Assembly (NCBI GenBank): GCA_050949165.1
Contig: JBMNFF010000003.1
Location: forward strand, 235,081 to 299,080
DNA: 64,000 nucleotides
Direction: 5' to 3'
From: Bacillota bacterium
Lineage (GTDB): Bacteria > Bacillota > Proteinivoracia > UBA4975
The translations under genes and the position numbers were made by a program. The notes beneath the pieces were generated by a model. That model saw nothing but the letters and a program-made list of their open reading frames with translations. It had not been told where the DNA came from and did not search any database. Positions within the stretch are counted from its first letter, which is position 1; every line of letters starts with the position of its first letter. This document shows positions 43,714 through 52,759 of this stretch, piece by piece.

Positions 43714-44520
43714 GTGATGGAGACAGGCAGGCCAATTGCCCAAGGGAGGACGGCAGAAATCTTTGCCCAAGGGGATGAGCGGGTCCTGAAGCTATTCCGG
43801 GCGAACATGTCCCAAAAGGCGGTGGCAAAGGAATACGCCTTGGCCCAGGCAATTTTCGAAGCAGGGGTTCCCGCTCCTGCAGTCTATGAAATGGTCACAG
43901 CGGATGGGCGCTGGGGCATTGTCTATCAAAGGATAGCCGGCCAGACAATGTTGGAGTTTCTCGCCCGGAGGCCCCTGTCTTTTCTGGGCCAGGCCCGCAG
44001 GCTCGCCCGGCTCCACCACTCTATTCATCAGCACCCGGCGGATAATCTGCCGGGACAAAAGCAGGTCCTTGCTGAAAGTATAAGCAAGGTGAGGACTCTT
44101 TCCGACCAGGACAAGCAGACAATCCTCGACTATTTAGAGGCTCTGCCCCAGGGAAATAGACTGTGCCATGGCGACTTTCACCCAGATAATGTAATGGTAA
44201 ACTCCGGGGAAGCCGTGGTCCTGGACTGGATGAATGCCAGCATTGGCAGCCCTGCCGCGGATGTTGCTCGTTCCGTACTGTTGCTGCGGGATGCCAGCCC
44301 CTTGTCGCAAACCACCGATTGGAGGGCTAAGCTCATAAGCATTTTCCGCAAGGGCTTTTTTACGGCCTATCTCCGGGAATACTGCCGAATTTCCGGTATT
44401 GACCCTGCGCAGGTTGCCGCCTGGATGCTGCCGGTTGCCGCGGCCCGACTCAGTGAAGATCTGCCCCAAGCCGAGAAAATGACCCTGCTGCAGATTGTCC
44501 GCCGCTGGGGACGGTTCTAA
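43714..44520 (+). CDS. APH/choline-kinase-family phosphotransferase
   Basis: Brenner motif HGDFHPDNVM plus a downstream LDW. N-terminal Lys (VLKLF). Confidence 0.8.
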   Translation: MMETGRPIAQGRTAEIFAQGDERVLKLFRANMSQKAVAKEYALAQAIFEAGVPAPAVYEMVTADGRWGIVYQRIAGQTMLEFLARRPLSFLGQARRLARLHHSIHQHPADNLPGQKQVLAESISKVRTLSDQDKQTILDYLEALPQGNRLCHGDFHPDNVMVNSGEAVVLDWMNASIGSPAADVARSVLLLRDASPLSQTTDWRAKLISIFRKGFFTAYLREYCRISGIDPAQVAAWMLPVAAARLSEDLPQAEKMTLLQIVRRWGRF

Positions 44521-44535
44521 ATGGATGATTTTTAG
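44502..44535. repeat. Palindromic repeat element, copy 2 (left arm degenerate)
   Basis: CCGCTGGGGACGGTTCTAAATGGATGATTTTTAG. Overlaps the 3' end of the kinase gene. Confidence 0.55.
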
Positions 44536-45053
44536 TGCCAACGCAGCCCCACCGGCAGGCGCCAGCGCCGGCGCTTCATGCCCCGTTGGGTTAGGGCGGC
44601 GGTATCGCCGAAATCCTGATCCTGCCTTTGGGAGATTACCGGTCCCGGCACGGTGCTGCGCTCCATGCCGTCCTCCACTACAAAGGCCAGGCTCACCTGG
44701 GTTTTCCGGGCCCGGGCCCAAACCAGCCTACCCGTCAGGGCTTCCTGAACCTGGCTCTGGATTACCAAGTAGGTGGAGACCCTCACGGCATGGCGGAACT
44801 CTTTATCAGGTATTAGCTGAGCCAGGGGCGGCGAGGAATAATTATAGCGGGAGAAGTTCAAGGCCCGCTTTTTTATTTGCCCCCAATTTCCCTGAATCAC
44901 CGGACCGTCCACAATCCTTTCCCGGCTGCTGAGAGCCACAAGCATGGGTTGGAGACCCCAATTCTCCAGGGACATGAAAAAAATCAATCCCCGGAACCTT
45001 GCCGCCAGACCCGGATAATGGGCCAGCGGCGCTCGGCAGATGAAAATAATCAT
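44532..45053 (-). CDS. Hypothetical protein (173 aa)
   Basis: ORF only. Its ATG lies inside the palindromic element and overlaps the upstream stop (ATGA). The true start may be the internal MSLENW. Confidence 0.35.
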   Translation of the reverse strand: MIIFICRAPLAHYPGLAARFRGLIFFMSLENWGLQPMLVALSSRERIVDGPVIQGNWGQIKKRALNFSRYNYSSPPLAQLIPDKEFRHAVRVSTYLVIQSQVQEALTGRLVWARARKTQVSLAFVVEDGMERSTVPGPVISQRQDQDFGDTAALTQRGMKRRRWRLPVGLRWH

Positions 45054-45085
45054 CCACTGGGAACCGTCCCCAGTGGATGATTATT
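45045..45085. repeat. Palindromic repeat element, copy 3 (perfect 17-bp arms)
   Basis: AATAATCATCCACTGGG-AACCGTC-CCCAGTGGATGATTATT. Its reverse complement matches copy 1. Confidence 0.65.
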
Positions 45086-45559
45086 CCAGTAAAATTCTTC
45101 TACATACAGGGTCCATTCCGAAAGGTACTTGACCTCGAGGGGCTTTCCTCCTTCTATTTTCAGGGAATAGCCCTGAAATTCCGCCCAATCCTGGAAGTTG
45201 GCCAGCTCGCCGGCAGCGAGAATCTGTCGGGATAGTTCCGCCAGGCAATAGTAGGGGGGCTGCCGGGGGAAGTCTTCCCATTCCAATTCCCCCTGGTCCA
45301 GGTTGAGGAGCAGGTTGTCGGGACCATACTCCAACCGCAATGTCCCCGAGGGCATTGTTATGTCCAGGACCAGGGCCTCGGCCCTGGCTTCCCAAACTTC
45401 CATGGACAAGTCTCCGTCTTGCTGATGAAAGTCAATCCGGTACCGGGCCACCCAGGTTTCGGCCGCCGCCTTCTCGGCCCAGGTCTTTGCCCTGGATGCG
45501 GGAGAGCAGCCAGCGATTAACAAACCCAAAACCAGCAAGATGACCAATCTGCCTCTCAT
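45050..45559 (-). CDS. Lipoprotein, function unknown
   Basis: Signal peptide with lipobox LLIAGC. Confidence 0.6.
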   Translation of the reverse strand: MRGRLVILLVLGLLIAGCSPASRAKTWAEKAAAETWVARYRIDFHQQDGDLSMEVWEARAEALVLDITMPSGTLRLEYGPDNLLLNLDQGELEWEDFPRQPPYYCLAELSRQILAAGELANFQDWAEFQGYSLKIEGGKPLEVKYLSEWTLYVEEFYWNNHPLGTVPSG

Positions 45560-46008
45560 CGGCCAACGGTGCCTCGCAGGACATCACTGCGGGTGACGAT
45601 ACCCACCAGGCGACCTCCCTCCAGGACGGGAATGCGATTCACACCCCGTTCCAGGATTATCTGCGCTGCTTCTTCCAGGGGCGCATCGGCTTCCACCGTC
45701 GCCACGTCCCTGGTCATCAGCTGTTCGACCCGGGTGGCGACGGTCTTTTCCAACTGGCGCTGAAATTCCATGACATCGTCCAGGAACACTATCCCTCCCA
45801 ACAATTCCAGGTATCTGGGAGGTTTGGGGGGAGTCCTGGCCGCCAACAAATCCCTTTCGCTGAGGATCCCTACCACTTCTTCGCCCTGAACCACCGGCGC
45901 ACCGCTGATCCCCTGCTCCACAAGGATTCTGGCCGCCTCATCCAAAGTCTGATCTGGCCTTAGGGTAAACACATCCCTGGTCATTACTTCGGATACCTTC
46001 ATAGACAT
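45556..46008 (-). CDS. CBS-domain pair protein
   Basis: Two CBS repeats (VMTRDVFTL...GAPVV and LMTRDVATV...RIPVL). Confidence 0.8.
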   Translation of the reverse strand: MSMKVSEVMTRDVFTLRPDQTLDEAARILVEQGISGAPVVQGEEVVGILSERDLLAARTPPKPPRYLELLGGIVFLDDVMEFQRQLEKTVATRVEQLMTRDVATVEADAPLEEAAQIILERGVNRIPVLEGGRLVGIVTRSDVLRGTVGR

Positions 46009-46061
46009 CCCTCCACATACACATTGTATTTATTTCGACAAAAAATATTCCCCGGGCAATT

Positions 46062-47570
46062 TTATGTCGAAACCGCTTCCAACCGGGCAAGGGCCAAACC
46101 GATCTGGGCCAAGACATCCCGGGGCAACTGGGAAGCGAGACTGGCTGTCTCAGCCAATTCAGAAGCAGTGCCCAGCAGCCAGGTCGCCGTACAGGCGGCG
46201 GCAAAGGGCTCTGCCCCTTGGGCCAAAAGGCCCAAGAGCAACCCTGTCAGGATGTCTCCCGAGCCGCCGGTGGCCAGGCCATGGGTGCCGGTTATATTCA
46301 CTGCGGCGTTGCCCCGGGGGTCGGAGATGTAGGAGCTGGCGCCCTTGAGGATTACCGTGCACCCCCACTGGCGGGCCGCCCTGCGACAGGTATCCAGGGG
46401 ATTCGCCAGGATATCCTCTGTATTGCAGGCCAAGAGTCGGGCCATCTCTCCGGGATGGGGAGAGATCACCGTGGGGTAGTCCCGGACGGGGATACCCGGC
46501 GCCAGGGTGTTGAGGGCGTCGGCATCCAGGACCAGGGGCAGGGGAGAGCGGATGAGTCTCTCCGCCAAGGCCGCGGTGCCGGGACAGACCCTGCAGCCGG
46601 GGCCGATGGCGGCGGCGCTGTATTTCTCCAAATCCAGATCCTGAGCTGCCTCGGGGGCAAAGGTCCCCGCCTCAGTGGAGGGAAGGGGCAGGGAGAGGGC
46701 TTCCCAGAGGCTGCCCTGAATGGTGGCGTTGAGCGGGTGGGGGCAGGCGATGGTCAGGAGGCCGATGCCGCTGCGCAAAGCGGAATTGCCGGCAAGAATG
46801 GCCGCCCCCGCCATACCTCGGCTACCCGCCACCAGAAGACCGTGGCCGAAGCTCCCCTTGTGGCTGTCAGGGGGCCGGCGGGGCAAGCCCCGGGCAGCAT
46901 TGGCGGCATCATTTAGGACGAGACCGGTATCGGCCAGGAGCTGGGGCGGCAAGCCGATGGCATCCACAAAGACCGTGCCCGCTGCTCTGCGCCCCGCCGG
47001 GGTGTAGAGGCCGGCCTTGGCCAGGCCAAAGGTGGCCGTTGCCTCCGCCTGGACCACCTCGCCGGCGGCGGGCAGGCATCCGGCGGGTAAGCCAGAGGGA
47101 ATGTCCACTGCCAGCACCGGCGCCGGGGCGGAATTGATGGCGGCAATTATCTCCGCCGCCTGTCCCCGGGGCGCTCCCTTGACCCCGGTCCCCAACAAGG
47201 CGTCGAGAATCAGGGCGCAGTGGGCAAATTGCTCCCGCCCCCGGTACATCTCCCAGGGGAGCCCATATCCCTGATAGAGGGCGAACTGAGCGGCGGCATC
47301 TCCCTGTAGCTCGGCGGGATCCACCGAGGTCACCACCTTGACGGACCGCCCCGCCGCCGCCAGGTGGCGGGCGGCGCCCCAGCCGTCGCCGCCGTTATTG
47401 CCGCCTCCGGCCACCACCACTACTGGCCCCTGGGGCCGAAAGACCTCCAGAGCAATCCGGGCGGCAAAGCTGGAGGCCGCCTCCATCAGGAGCAGGCCGG
47501 GCACGGCATATTCCGCCATGGCCTGCCTGTCAATATTGCGCATCTGCTCGCCGTCGGCCAAGTAGATCAT
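46062..47570 (-). CDS. nnr: Bifunctional NAD(P)H-hydrate repair enzyme (epimerase/ADP-dependent dehydratase)
   Basis: YjeF-N (VVAGGGNNGGDGW) plus a carbohydrate-kinase C-domain (GSGDILTG). The ATG at 47570 overlaps the acpS stop (ATGA). Confidence 0.85.
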   Translation of the reverse strand: MIYLADGEQMRNIDRQAMAEYAVPGLLLMEAASSFAARIALEVFRPQGPVVVVAGGGNNGGDGWGAARHLAAAGRSVKVVTSVDPAELQGDAAAQFALYQGYGLPWEMYRGREQFAHCALILDALLGTGVKGAPRGQAAEIIAAINSAPAPVLAVDIPSGLPAGCLPAAGEVVQAEATATFGLAKAGLYTPAGRRAAGTVFVDAIGLPPQLLADTGLVLNDAANAARGLPRRPPDSHKGSFGHGLLVAGSRGMAGAAILAGNSALRSGIGLLTIACPHPLNATIQGSLWEALSLPLPSTEAGTFAPEAAQDLDLEKYSAAAIGPGCRVCPGTAALAERLIRSPLPLVLDADALNTLAPGIPVRDYPTVISPHPGEMARLLACNTEDILANPLDTCRRAARQWGCTVILKGASSYISDPRGNAAVNITGTHGLATGGSGDILTGLLLGLLAQGAEPFAAACTATWLLGTASELAETASLASQLPRDVLAQIGLALARLEAVST

Positions 47571-47944
47571 TTCATCCCCTCCGCAACACAAAATGCCATC
47601 GCCCTGCCCTGATCGTGGGTCAGGGAGATGTGAATGGCGACAATACCCCGGGCTGCCGCCGTAGACGCGGCCTGGCCGTGCAAGTGAACTCCCGGCGCCC
47701 CCAACTCATCGTGGAGAATCTCCACCTGCTGCCAGCTGTGCTCCTTTAGCCCTGTGCCCAGGGCCTTGAGCACCGCTTCCTTGCCGGCAAAGAGGGCTGC
47801 CATCCGGGAAAAGGCCTTGTCCCCCGAGGGAAGCTGGGCCAGCTCCCTGGCAGTGTAGAGGCGCGTCCGCAAGCGGGGGCGCCCCCGAACGGCCCGGGCA
47901 ACCCGGTCGATTTCTATGCTATCTATGCCAATTCCGATAATCAC
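47567..47944 (-). CDS. acpS: Holo-[acyl-carrier-protein] synthase
   Basis: MIIGIGIDSIEIDRV N-terminus, 125 aa. Confidence 0.9.
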   Translation of the reverse strand: MIIGIGIDSIEIDRVARAVRGRPRLRTRLYTARELAQLPSGDKAFSRMAALFAGKEAVLKALGTGLKEHSWQQVEILHDELGAPGVHLHGQAASTAAARGIVAIHISLTHDQGRAMAFCVAEGMK

Positions 47945-48046
47945 GAGAATCTCACCTCTCGCTACCTAGTTTCTACCCCACCTTGTATTTTCCTTTTATT
48001 GTATCCGAAAAGGTAAAAATTAGCGGCGCCTTGCGGCGCCGCCACT

Positions 48047-49552
48047 TTATTCATTGCCTTTGCCCTTGGAATGTCCGGGCGGGCGTTTATCCTTGGACTG
48101 GCCCGGGGGACCGGAATGGCCCGGCGGGCCATTGCCCTTGGACTGGCCAGGAGCCTGTGGGTTCTTCTGTCCCCCTGGCTTGCCGTTGCCGGCTCCCTGG
48201 CCATCCAGGTAATCCTTGAGGGATTTGGGTTTTTTCCCGAGGATTTCCGCGGTCTCTTCCGGGTCGCAACCCCGGGCCAGGATATACAGGACCTGGCCCC
48301 GGGGGACTTTATACTCTGAACTGAGCTGCGCTACAGCAGGGGAACTTTCCCACCGTTCTGCTGCCGCCACCAGTCCCTCCAGGCGCTGACGCCGGCTTTC
48401 AAACTCAGAAGTATCTACATCCAAGTCCTCCAGCAGGGCTTGGATGCCAACTTCCTTGCCCCGGCGGATCAGGGTCTGCAGCTTGCCGGCCCCCATTTCC
48501 TCCAGCACCAAGATGGCCTGAAGGTCGGAGGGGTCCAGTCCCTTGCCGAGATTGCTGGAGAGCTGTCCCGCCGGGTGGCCAAATTCCTGGGCCAGAAAGT
48601 CGGCCAGCCAGTCGGGCCCGGCCAGAATCGGTTTTTGGGCACCGCCCTGGCTCTTGTGCTCCTTGAGGAATTGGCCCGGGGGAAGTCCTGACTCCTTGAA
48701 GGCCTTAAAAATATCCCCGGGGGTCAGCTTTTCCTTGGCGGCCAATTCCAGCAGGTCGGCAATCTCTTCTTCCTCCAGCCCCGTCTCCAGCATATCCTCC
48801 ACCAGTTGGCTGCTGACCAAGTACTGCTCCACAAAAGCCTGGACAATGGGGTTATTGTGCCAGGGCATTACTTCCAGGGTAGCAGCCAGCTCCGAACCCA
48901 AATTCTCCAGGGCGGCTTCGGCCACCGGCGCAGATTCGCTGAGTTCGGTTCCCGCCCTGCGATTTAAGTAGCCCCGCAGGGGGGAACCGGATTGGGAATT
49001 GTATTCCCTGGCTTCCAAGCGGACGAGGTGCAACCTGGCCTTGGCGCCCTGGCCCTCAAAGGCCCCCAGGAGGCGGTCCATGTCCAGGGGAACTTCCGCC
49101 GGAGCCGTGACAAAGATATCCTGGTCATCCTGGGCCAGCTCCAGCTCGAGGCAACGGAGGAAAACACTGTTCAGGGCTGCATAGAGATCCTGGGGCATGG
49201 CCAAGTCCGCCAGGACCTCCCTGCCCCTTTCGTTAAAGGCGCGCCAATCCAGCATTTGCTGGTCCTCATCGTAGACAAACTCCAGGCTGGGGTTGATGTC
49301 CAGGGCCAGACAGTAACTGGCAGGCTCGGGAGCCCCGGGAAGCAGGTGCAGGGAGGAAATTATGGCCAAAGTCAGGACCGCCGCCACGGCCACACCTCGG
49401 AGCCATGCTCCCCTGGCATCGGCAAGCTTGATCCTGTCTCCCAACCCTTTCCCGGCCGGGGGGGAGCCGCGGCGCAGGAGAAAGTCCCCCTCTGGGGTCA
49501 GGACATAATAGCGGTCCCTTTCCAGCTGGCAGATAATCCCGATTTTACTCAT
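48047..49552 (-). CDS. rsgI: Anti-sigma-I factor RsgI-like protein with uncharacterised extracytoplasmic domain
   Basis: RsgI_N-type N-terminus (GIICQLERDRYYVLTPEGDFL), one TM helix, and a 4-nt overlap with sigI. Gly/Pro-rich repetitive C-terminus. Confidence 0.7.
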   Translation of the reverse strand: MSKIGIICQLERDRYYVLTPEGDFLLRRGSPPAGKGLGDRIKLADARGAWLRGVAVAAVLTLAIISSLHLLPGAPEPASYCLALDINPSLEFVYDEDQQMLDWRAFNERGREVLADLAMPQDLYAALNSVFLRCLELELAQDDQDIFVTAPAEVPLDMDRLLGAFEGQGAKARLHLVRLEAREYNSQSGSPLRGYLNRRAGTELSESAPVAEAALENLGSELAATLEVMPWHNNPIVQAFVEQYLVSSQLVEDMLETGLEEEEIADLLELAAKEKLTPGDIFKAFKESGLPPGQFLKEHKSQGGAQKPILAGPDWLADFLAQEFGHPAGQLSSNLGKGLDPSDLQAILVLEEMGAGKLQTLIRRGKEVGIQALLEDLDVDTSEFESRRQRLEGLVAAAERWESSPAVAQLSSEYKVPRGQVLYILARGCDPEETAEILGKKPKSLKDYLDGQGAGNGKPGGQKNPQAPGQSKGNGPPGHSGPPGQSKDKRPPGHSKGKGNE

Positions 49553-50220
49553 GCTTCTTCCCTCCCCAGGCCCAAGTAGGTAGCGATAAAGGGAAAATCC
49601 CCGGCCCTGGCAGCCACTGCCAGCAAGGCCAGTAGGTAGCGGCGCCGGTTGGCTAAAGCCTTCTTGCTCTCCCCGGTGAGTTGAGAAAGCTGCTCCAAGG
49701 GCAGCCTTCCCTTTTCCAGAATCAGGGTCAGGAGTTGCTCCTGGGCGGCAATAATCCTTGCTGCCCGTAGAATCCTCTCCCGCACGCCTTGTTGGCGCGG
49801 AGACTCCTTAACCAAATCGGCGAAGCTGATCCCGTATTTGCCCAGCAAGCGGGAGAATTCTTCAAGCTCCGCCGCCCTTTCCAGGCGCAGGAACTCTTCC
49901 CCGGTTTGGGATAGCTTAGCCCCCCTAGGAAGTTCTTCCACGCACACCTCCCGCTCCCGCCGGCGCAGAGTGCGCTGGTAGTCGATGAGGCGGCGTTTGA
50001 TTACCAGGGAAGCAAAGGTATCGAAGCCCGCCCCCTTCTGAGGCTGGTAAATATCTATGGCCGAATCCAGGGCGAGCAGGGCGATGCTCAATTCCTCATC
50101 CCTGCCCCATTCCAGCAACCTGCGGCAATGAGCCGAGGCCACTTTGCGAACAAAGCCCCTGTACTTTTCCAAAAAGAGATTGCGGCTGACTGGATCGCCC
50201 TTTGCCTCGAGATAGTCCAC
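49549..50220 (-). CDS. sigI: RNA polymerase sigma-I factor
   Basis: SigI-type region 2 (DEELSIALLALDSAIDIYQPQKGAGFDTFASLVIKRRLIDYQR) and pairing with an RsgI_N protein. Confidence 0.8.
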   Translation of the reverse strand: MDYLEAKGDPVSRNLFLEKYRGFVRKVASAHCRRLLEWGRDEELSIALLALDSAIDIYQPQKGAGFDTFASLVIKRRLIDYQRTLRRREREVCVEELPRGAKLSQTGEEFLRLERAAELEEFSRLLGKYGISFADLVKESPRQQGVRERILRAARIIAAQEQLLTLILEKGRLPLEQLSQLTGESKKALANRRRYLLALLAVAARAGDFPFIATYLGLGREEA

Positions 50221-50314
50221 TGCGCCAGCCCTCCTTTATGCTATATTCGCTCCTGAAACCGATGATTTGGGGATTTTCAGCAACGCCCGACAAAAAAGAC
50301 TGCCGCAGCAGTCC

Positions 50315-50842
50315 TTACAGTTCTCCCTCAATTCTCGTCTGGTCCAGCCAATTGGAGTAAAGGCGGACAAAATTGGGGCGGCAGACCTCCAAATCCATCT
50401 TGTACTGGTGCAAGATCTTTAATTGCTCTTCGATATGGCTGCCCCGCAACACGGTAACCACCAGTTTAAAAGTGTTGTCCAGGGCCCGGCAACGCTGGTA
50501 AAGGACCTCCAGGTCCTGGGGGGAAATATCTTCGTACAGGACCACCCAATTATTTTCCTGGCTACGGAGAAACTGGCTGGCCAGTTCGACAATTTCCGGG
50601 TCCTTTATGACGTGAATCGCTATCATCAGGAGGGCATCCTCCAAAGCATTTTCCAGGGTGGGAATCCATGTGACCTTGACCGGTTCGCCCTCTCCCTGCA
50701 CCTCGGGGAACAGAACCAGGGACGGCCTGGTGTTCTCCAAAAAATACAGGCGGTGACTGGGCTCGATTCCGTCATGGTAGGGATGCCCGCGGCCAATCAA
50801 GATTTGCGCGGTAACCGTTGCCAATGTATATACCCTCCCCAT
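50315..50842 (-). CDS. Hypothetical cytoplasmic protein
   Basis: ORF with good coding character. No family recognised. Confidence 0.5.
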   Translation of the reverse strand: MGRVYTLATVTAQILIGRGHPYHDGIEPSHRLYFLENTRPSLVLFPEVQGEGEPVKVTWIPTLENALEDALLMIAIHVIKDPEIVELASQFLRSQENNWVVLYEDISPQDLEVLYQRCRALDNTFKLVVTVLRGSHIEEQLKILHQYKMDLEVCRPNFVRLYSNWLDQTRIEGEL

Positions 50843-50951
50843 ATTCAATTCCTTCATCGGTCAATATTCCACACACCCCGGGAAAAATCCTGCCATAATT
50901 ATTAAACAAAACTGTCCCCCACCCCTGCATACAGAAAGTTACACTTTCACC

Positions 50952-50979
50952 TTGACAATTTTAATCAATCCCATAAAAT
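50952..50979 (+). promoter_or_regulatory. Candidate promoter of the ABC exporter operon
   Basis: TTGACA (50952-50957), a 16-nt spacer, then TAAAAT (50974-50979). Confidence 0.4.
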
Positions 50980-51001
50980 ATTTAATAAAGGGGTGACCTA
51001 T

Positions 51002-52759
51002 ATGTCTTACAAATCCGAACTCCGCCTGCTCTGGCGCCGGCTTAGCGGGCAGGGCAGCTGGCTGGTAATTGCCGTTTTGGGGGCAATAACCGCTTCGGTC
51101 TTGACCCTCGTTACCTTTGACCGGTTTCGGCAAATGGTGGACGTTGTCCTGGCCGGTGACGGATCGCTTTTTATCGCCAACGCCAAAATCCTATGCCTGT
51201 TGGTTCCGGCCGCCGTGGCGGTGGAGTACATGCTGCGCTATAGTTCCGGGCGCTTTGCCGAGGCAGGCACCGCGGCAATCCGCGACCAGATGATCGTAAA
51301 AATTCAGGAGCTGTCCATGGAATTCCTGGACGGCCGGCACAGCGGCGACATCATGTCCCGACTGACCAATGATGTCAATCTCGTAAGGGACTTCCTGGCC
51401 AATTCCTTTACCAGGCTCTTCACCATTCCCCTGATGGCCGTCTTTGCCCTGGCCTATATGGTCTGGGTAAGCTTGCCCTTAACCCTCCTCAGCGTCCTCC
51501 TGATCCCCATAATGGGATGGGTTTCCGGGCGAATTAGTTCGGCCATGGCCAAGAGCAGCCGCGAACTCCAACAGCAATTGGGCGCGGTCAACGAGGCCGC
51601 CAGAGATTCCCTGGGCGGAATCCTGGTGACCAAGGCCTTCAATCTGGAAGACCGCCAGAACGCAGCCTTTGCCGCCAGGGTCCAGGCCACTGTCAAGAGC
51701 AGCTTGAAACTGGCCAGAGGGCGCAGCATTCTCAGCGGCCTGGCCAGTATATTCAACATCAGTCCCTTCATAATCTGCCTGTTCTATGGAGGCATCCTGG
51801 TCGGGCGCGGTGAGATCAGCGCCGGGCAGCTCATCGCCTTTGTGAACTTCCTGAACTACCTGGCCAACCCCATGCAACAAGTCCCCCGCCTGCTGGGAGA
51901 AATCCAGATTACCCGGGCCGCCCTCGGACGGATTGCCGAAATCCTGGCCGGCGAAACTGATCGGACAGGCGGCCAAGCTTTCGCTCCCGGCCAGGACCCG
52001 CTCCTGGAAGTAAGAAATGTCTCCTTCGGCTATGGGGATAAGCTGGTTCTCGACAACCTCAGCTTTGAGATACGTCGGGGCGAGCAGGTGGCCCTGGCGG
52101 GCCCCAGCGGCGGCGGCAAGTCCTCCATCCTCAAACTCATCGCCGGTTTTTATCAGCCCCAGCGAGGCGAAATCCGCTTGTACGGCCACTCCCTGACAGA
52201 ATGGGAACTCAATGCCCTGCGGGAGAATATGGCCATGGTCACTCAAGACACCTACCTCTACCCTGGCACCATCGCAGAGAACATCGGTTGGGGCAAGCCC
52301 GGCTCCACCCTGGAGGAGATAATAGCGGCGGCAAAGCTGGCCAACGCCCATGATTTCATCACTGCTCTGCCCGGGGCTTATCAAAGTCAGGTGGGCGAGC
52401 TGGGCGCAAAGCTCTCGGGGGGGCAGCGGCAACGCATTGCCATCGCCCGGGCCATCCTCAACGACGCCGACTTGCTCCTCCTGGACGAGCCCACTTCCGC
52501 CCTGGACGCCGAATCAGAACGCTCGGTCCAGCAGGCCCTGGACTCTTTCATGGCCGGCAAGACCAGCATTATCGTAGCCCATCGGCTTTCCACCATCAAA
52601 AACGCCCGGCGGATACTGGTCATCGATGGGGGCCGGGTAGTGGAATCCGGCAGCCACCAGGAGCTCTTGGCTAAGCAGGGGGTCTATTCAAAACTGTACC
52701 AGGCCCAACTGGCTTCCGAGACGGAGCAAAATCTAACAGGGCAGGAGGTGGGAGCGTGA
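51002..52759 (+). CDS. ABC exporter, fused permease-ATPase subunit 1
   Basis: Six-TM domain plus NBD (GPSGGGKSS, LSGGQRQR, LLLLDEPTSALD). The ATG at 51002 has better RBS spacing than the GTG at 50993. Confidence 0.9.
   Translation: MSYKSELRLLWRRLSGQGSWLVIAVLGAITASVLTLVTFDRFRQMVDVVLAGDGSLFIANAKILCLLVPAAVAVEYMLRYSSGRFAEAGTAAIRDQMIVKIQELSMEFLDGRHSGDIMSRLTNDVNLVRDFLANSFTRLFTIPLMAVFALAYMVWVSLPLTLLSVLLIPIMGWVSGRISSAMAKSSRELQQQLGAVNEAARDSLGGILVTKAFNLEDRQNAAFAARVQATVKSSLKLARGRSILSGLASIFNISPFIICLFYGGILVGRGEISAGQLIAFVNFLNYLANPMQQVPRLLGEIQITRAALGRIAEILAGETDRTGGQAFAPGQDPLLEVRNVSFGYGDKLVLDNLSFEIRRGEQVALAGPSGGGKSSILKLIAGFYQPQRGEIRLYGHSLTEWELNALRENMAMVTQDTYLYPGTIAENIGWGKPGSTLEEIIAAAKLANAHDFITALPGAYQSQVGELGAKLSGGQRQRIAIARAILNDADLLLLDEPTSALDAESERSVQQALDSFMAGKTSIIVAHRLSTIKNARRILVIDGGRVVESGSHQELLAKQGVYSKLYQAQLASETEQNLTGQEVGA

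Noticed and set aside
43714-44520. Calling the APH-family kinase an aminoglycoside or macrolide resistance gene
   Set aside because: Only the generic kinase-fold motifs are visible. This fold also includes many metabolite kinases. Substrate cannot be inferred from the sequence alone.
44877-45080. A plus-strand 67-aa ORF ending in the same NNHPLGTVPSG peptide as the minus-strand lipoprotein gene
   Set aside because: The shared peptide is a trivial consequence of the perfect palindrome at 45045-45085. The plus-strand ORF is antisense to the 173-aa ORF and has no support.
48061-48200. Tandem DNA repeat or collagen-like gene at the 3' end of rsgI
   Set aside because: The short imperfect repeats encode a Gly/Pro/Lys-rich tail within the RsgI-like ORF. 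There is no separate feature and no regular G-X-Y periodicity.
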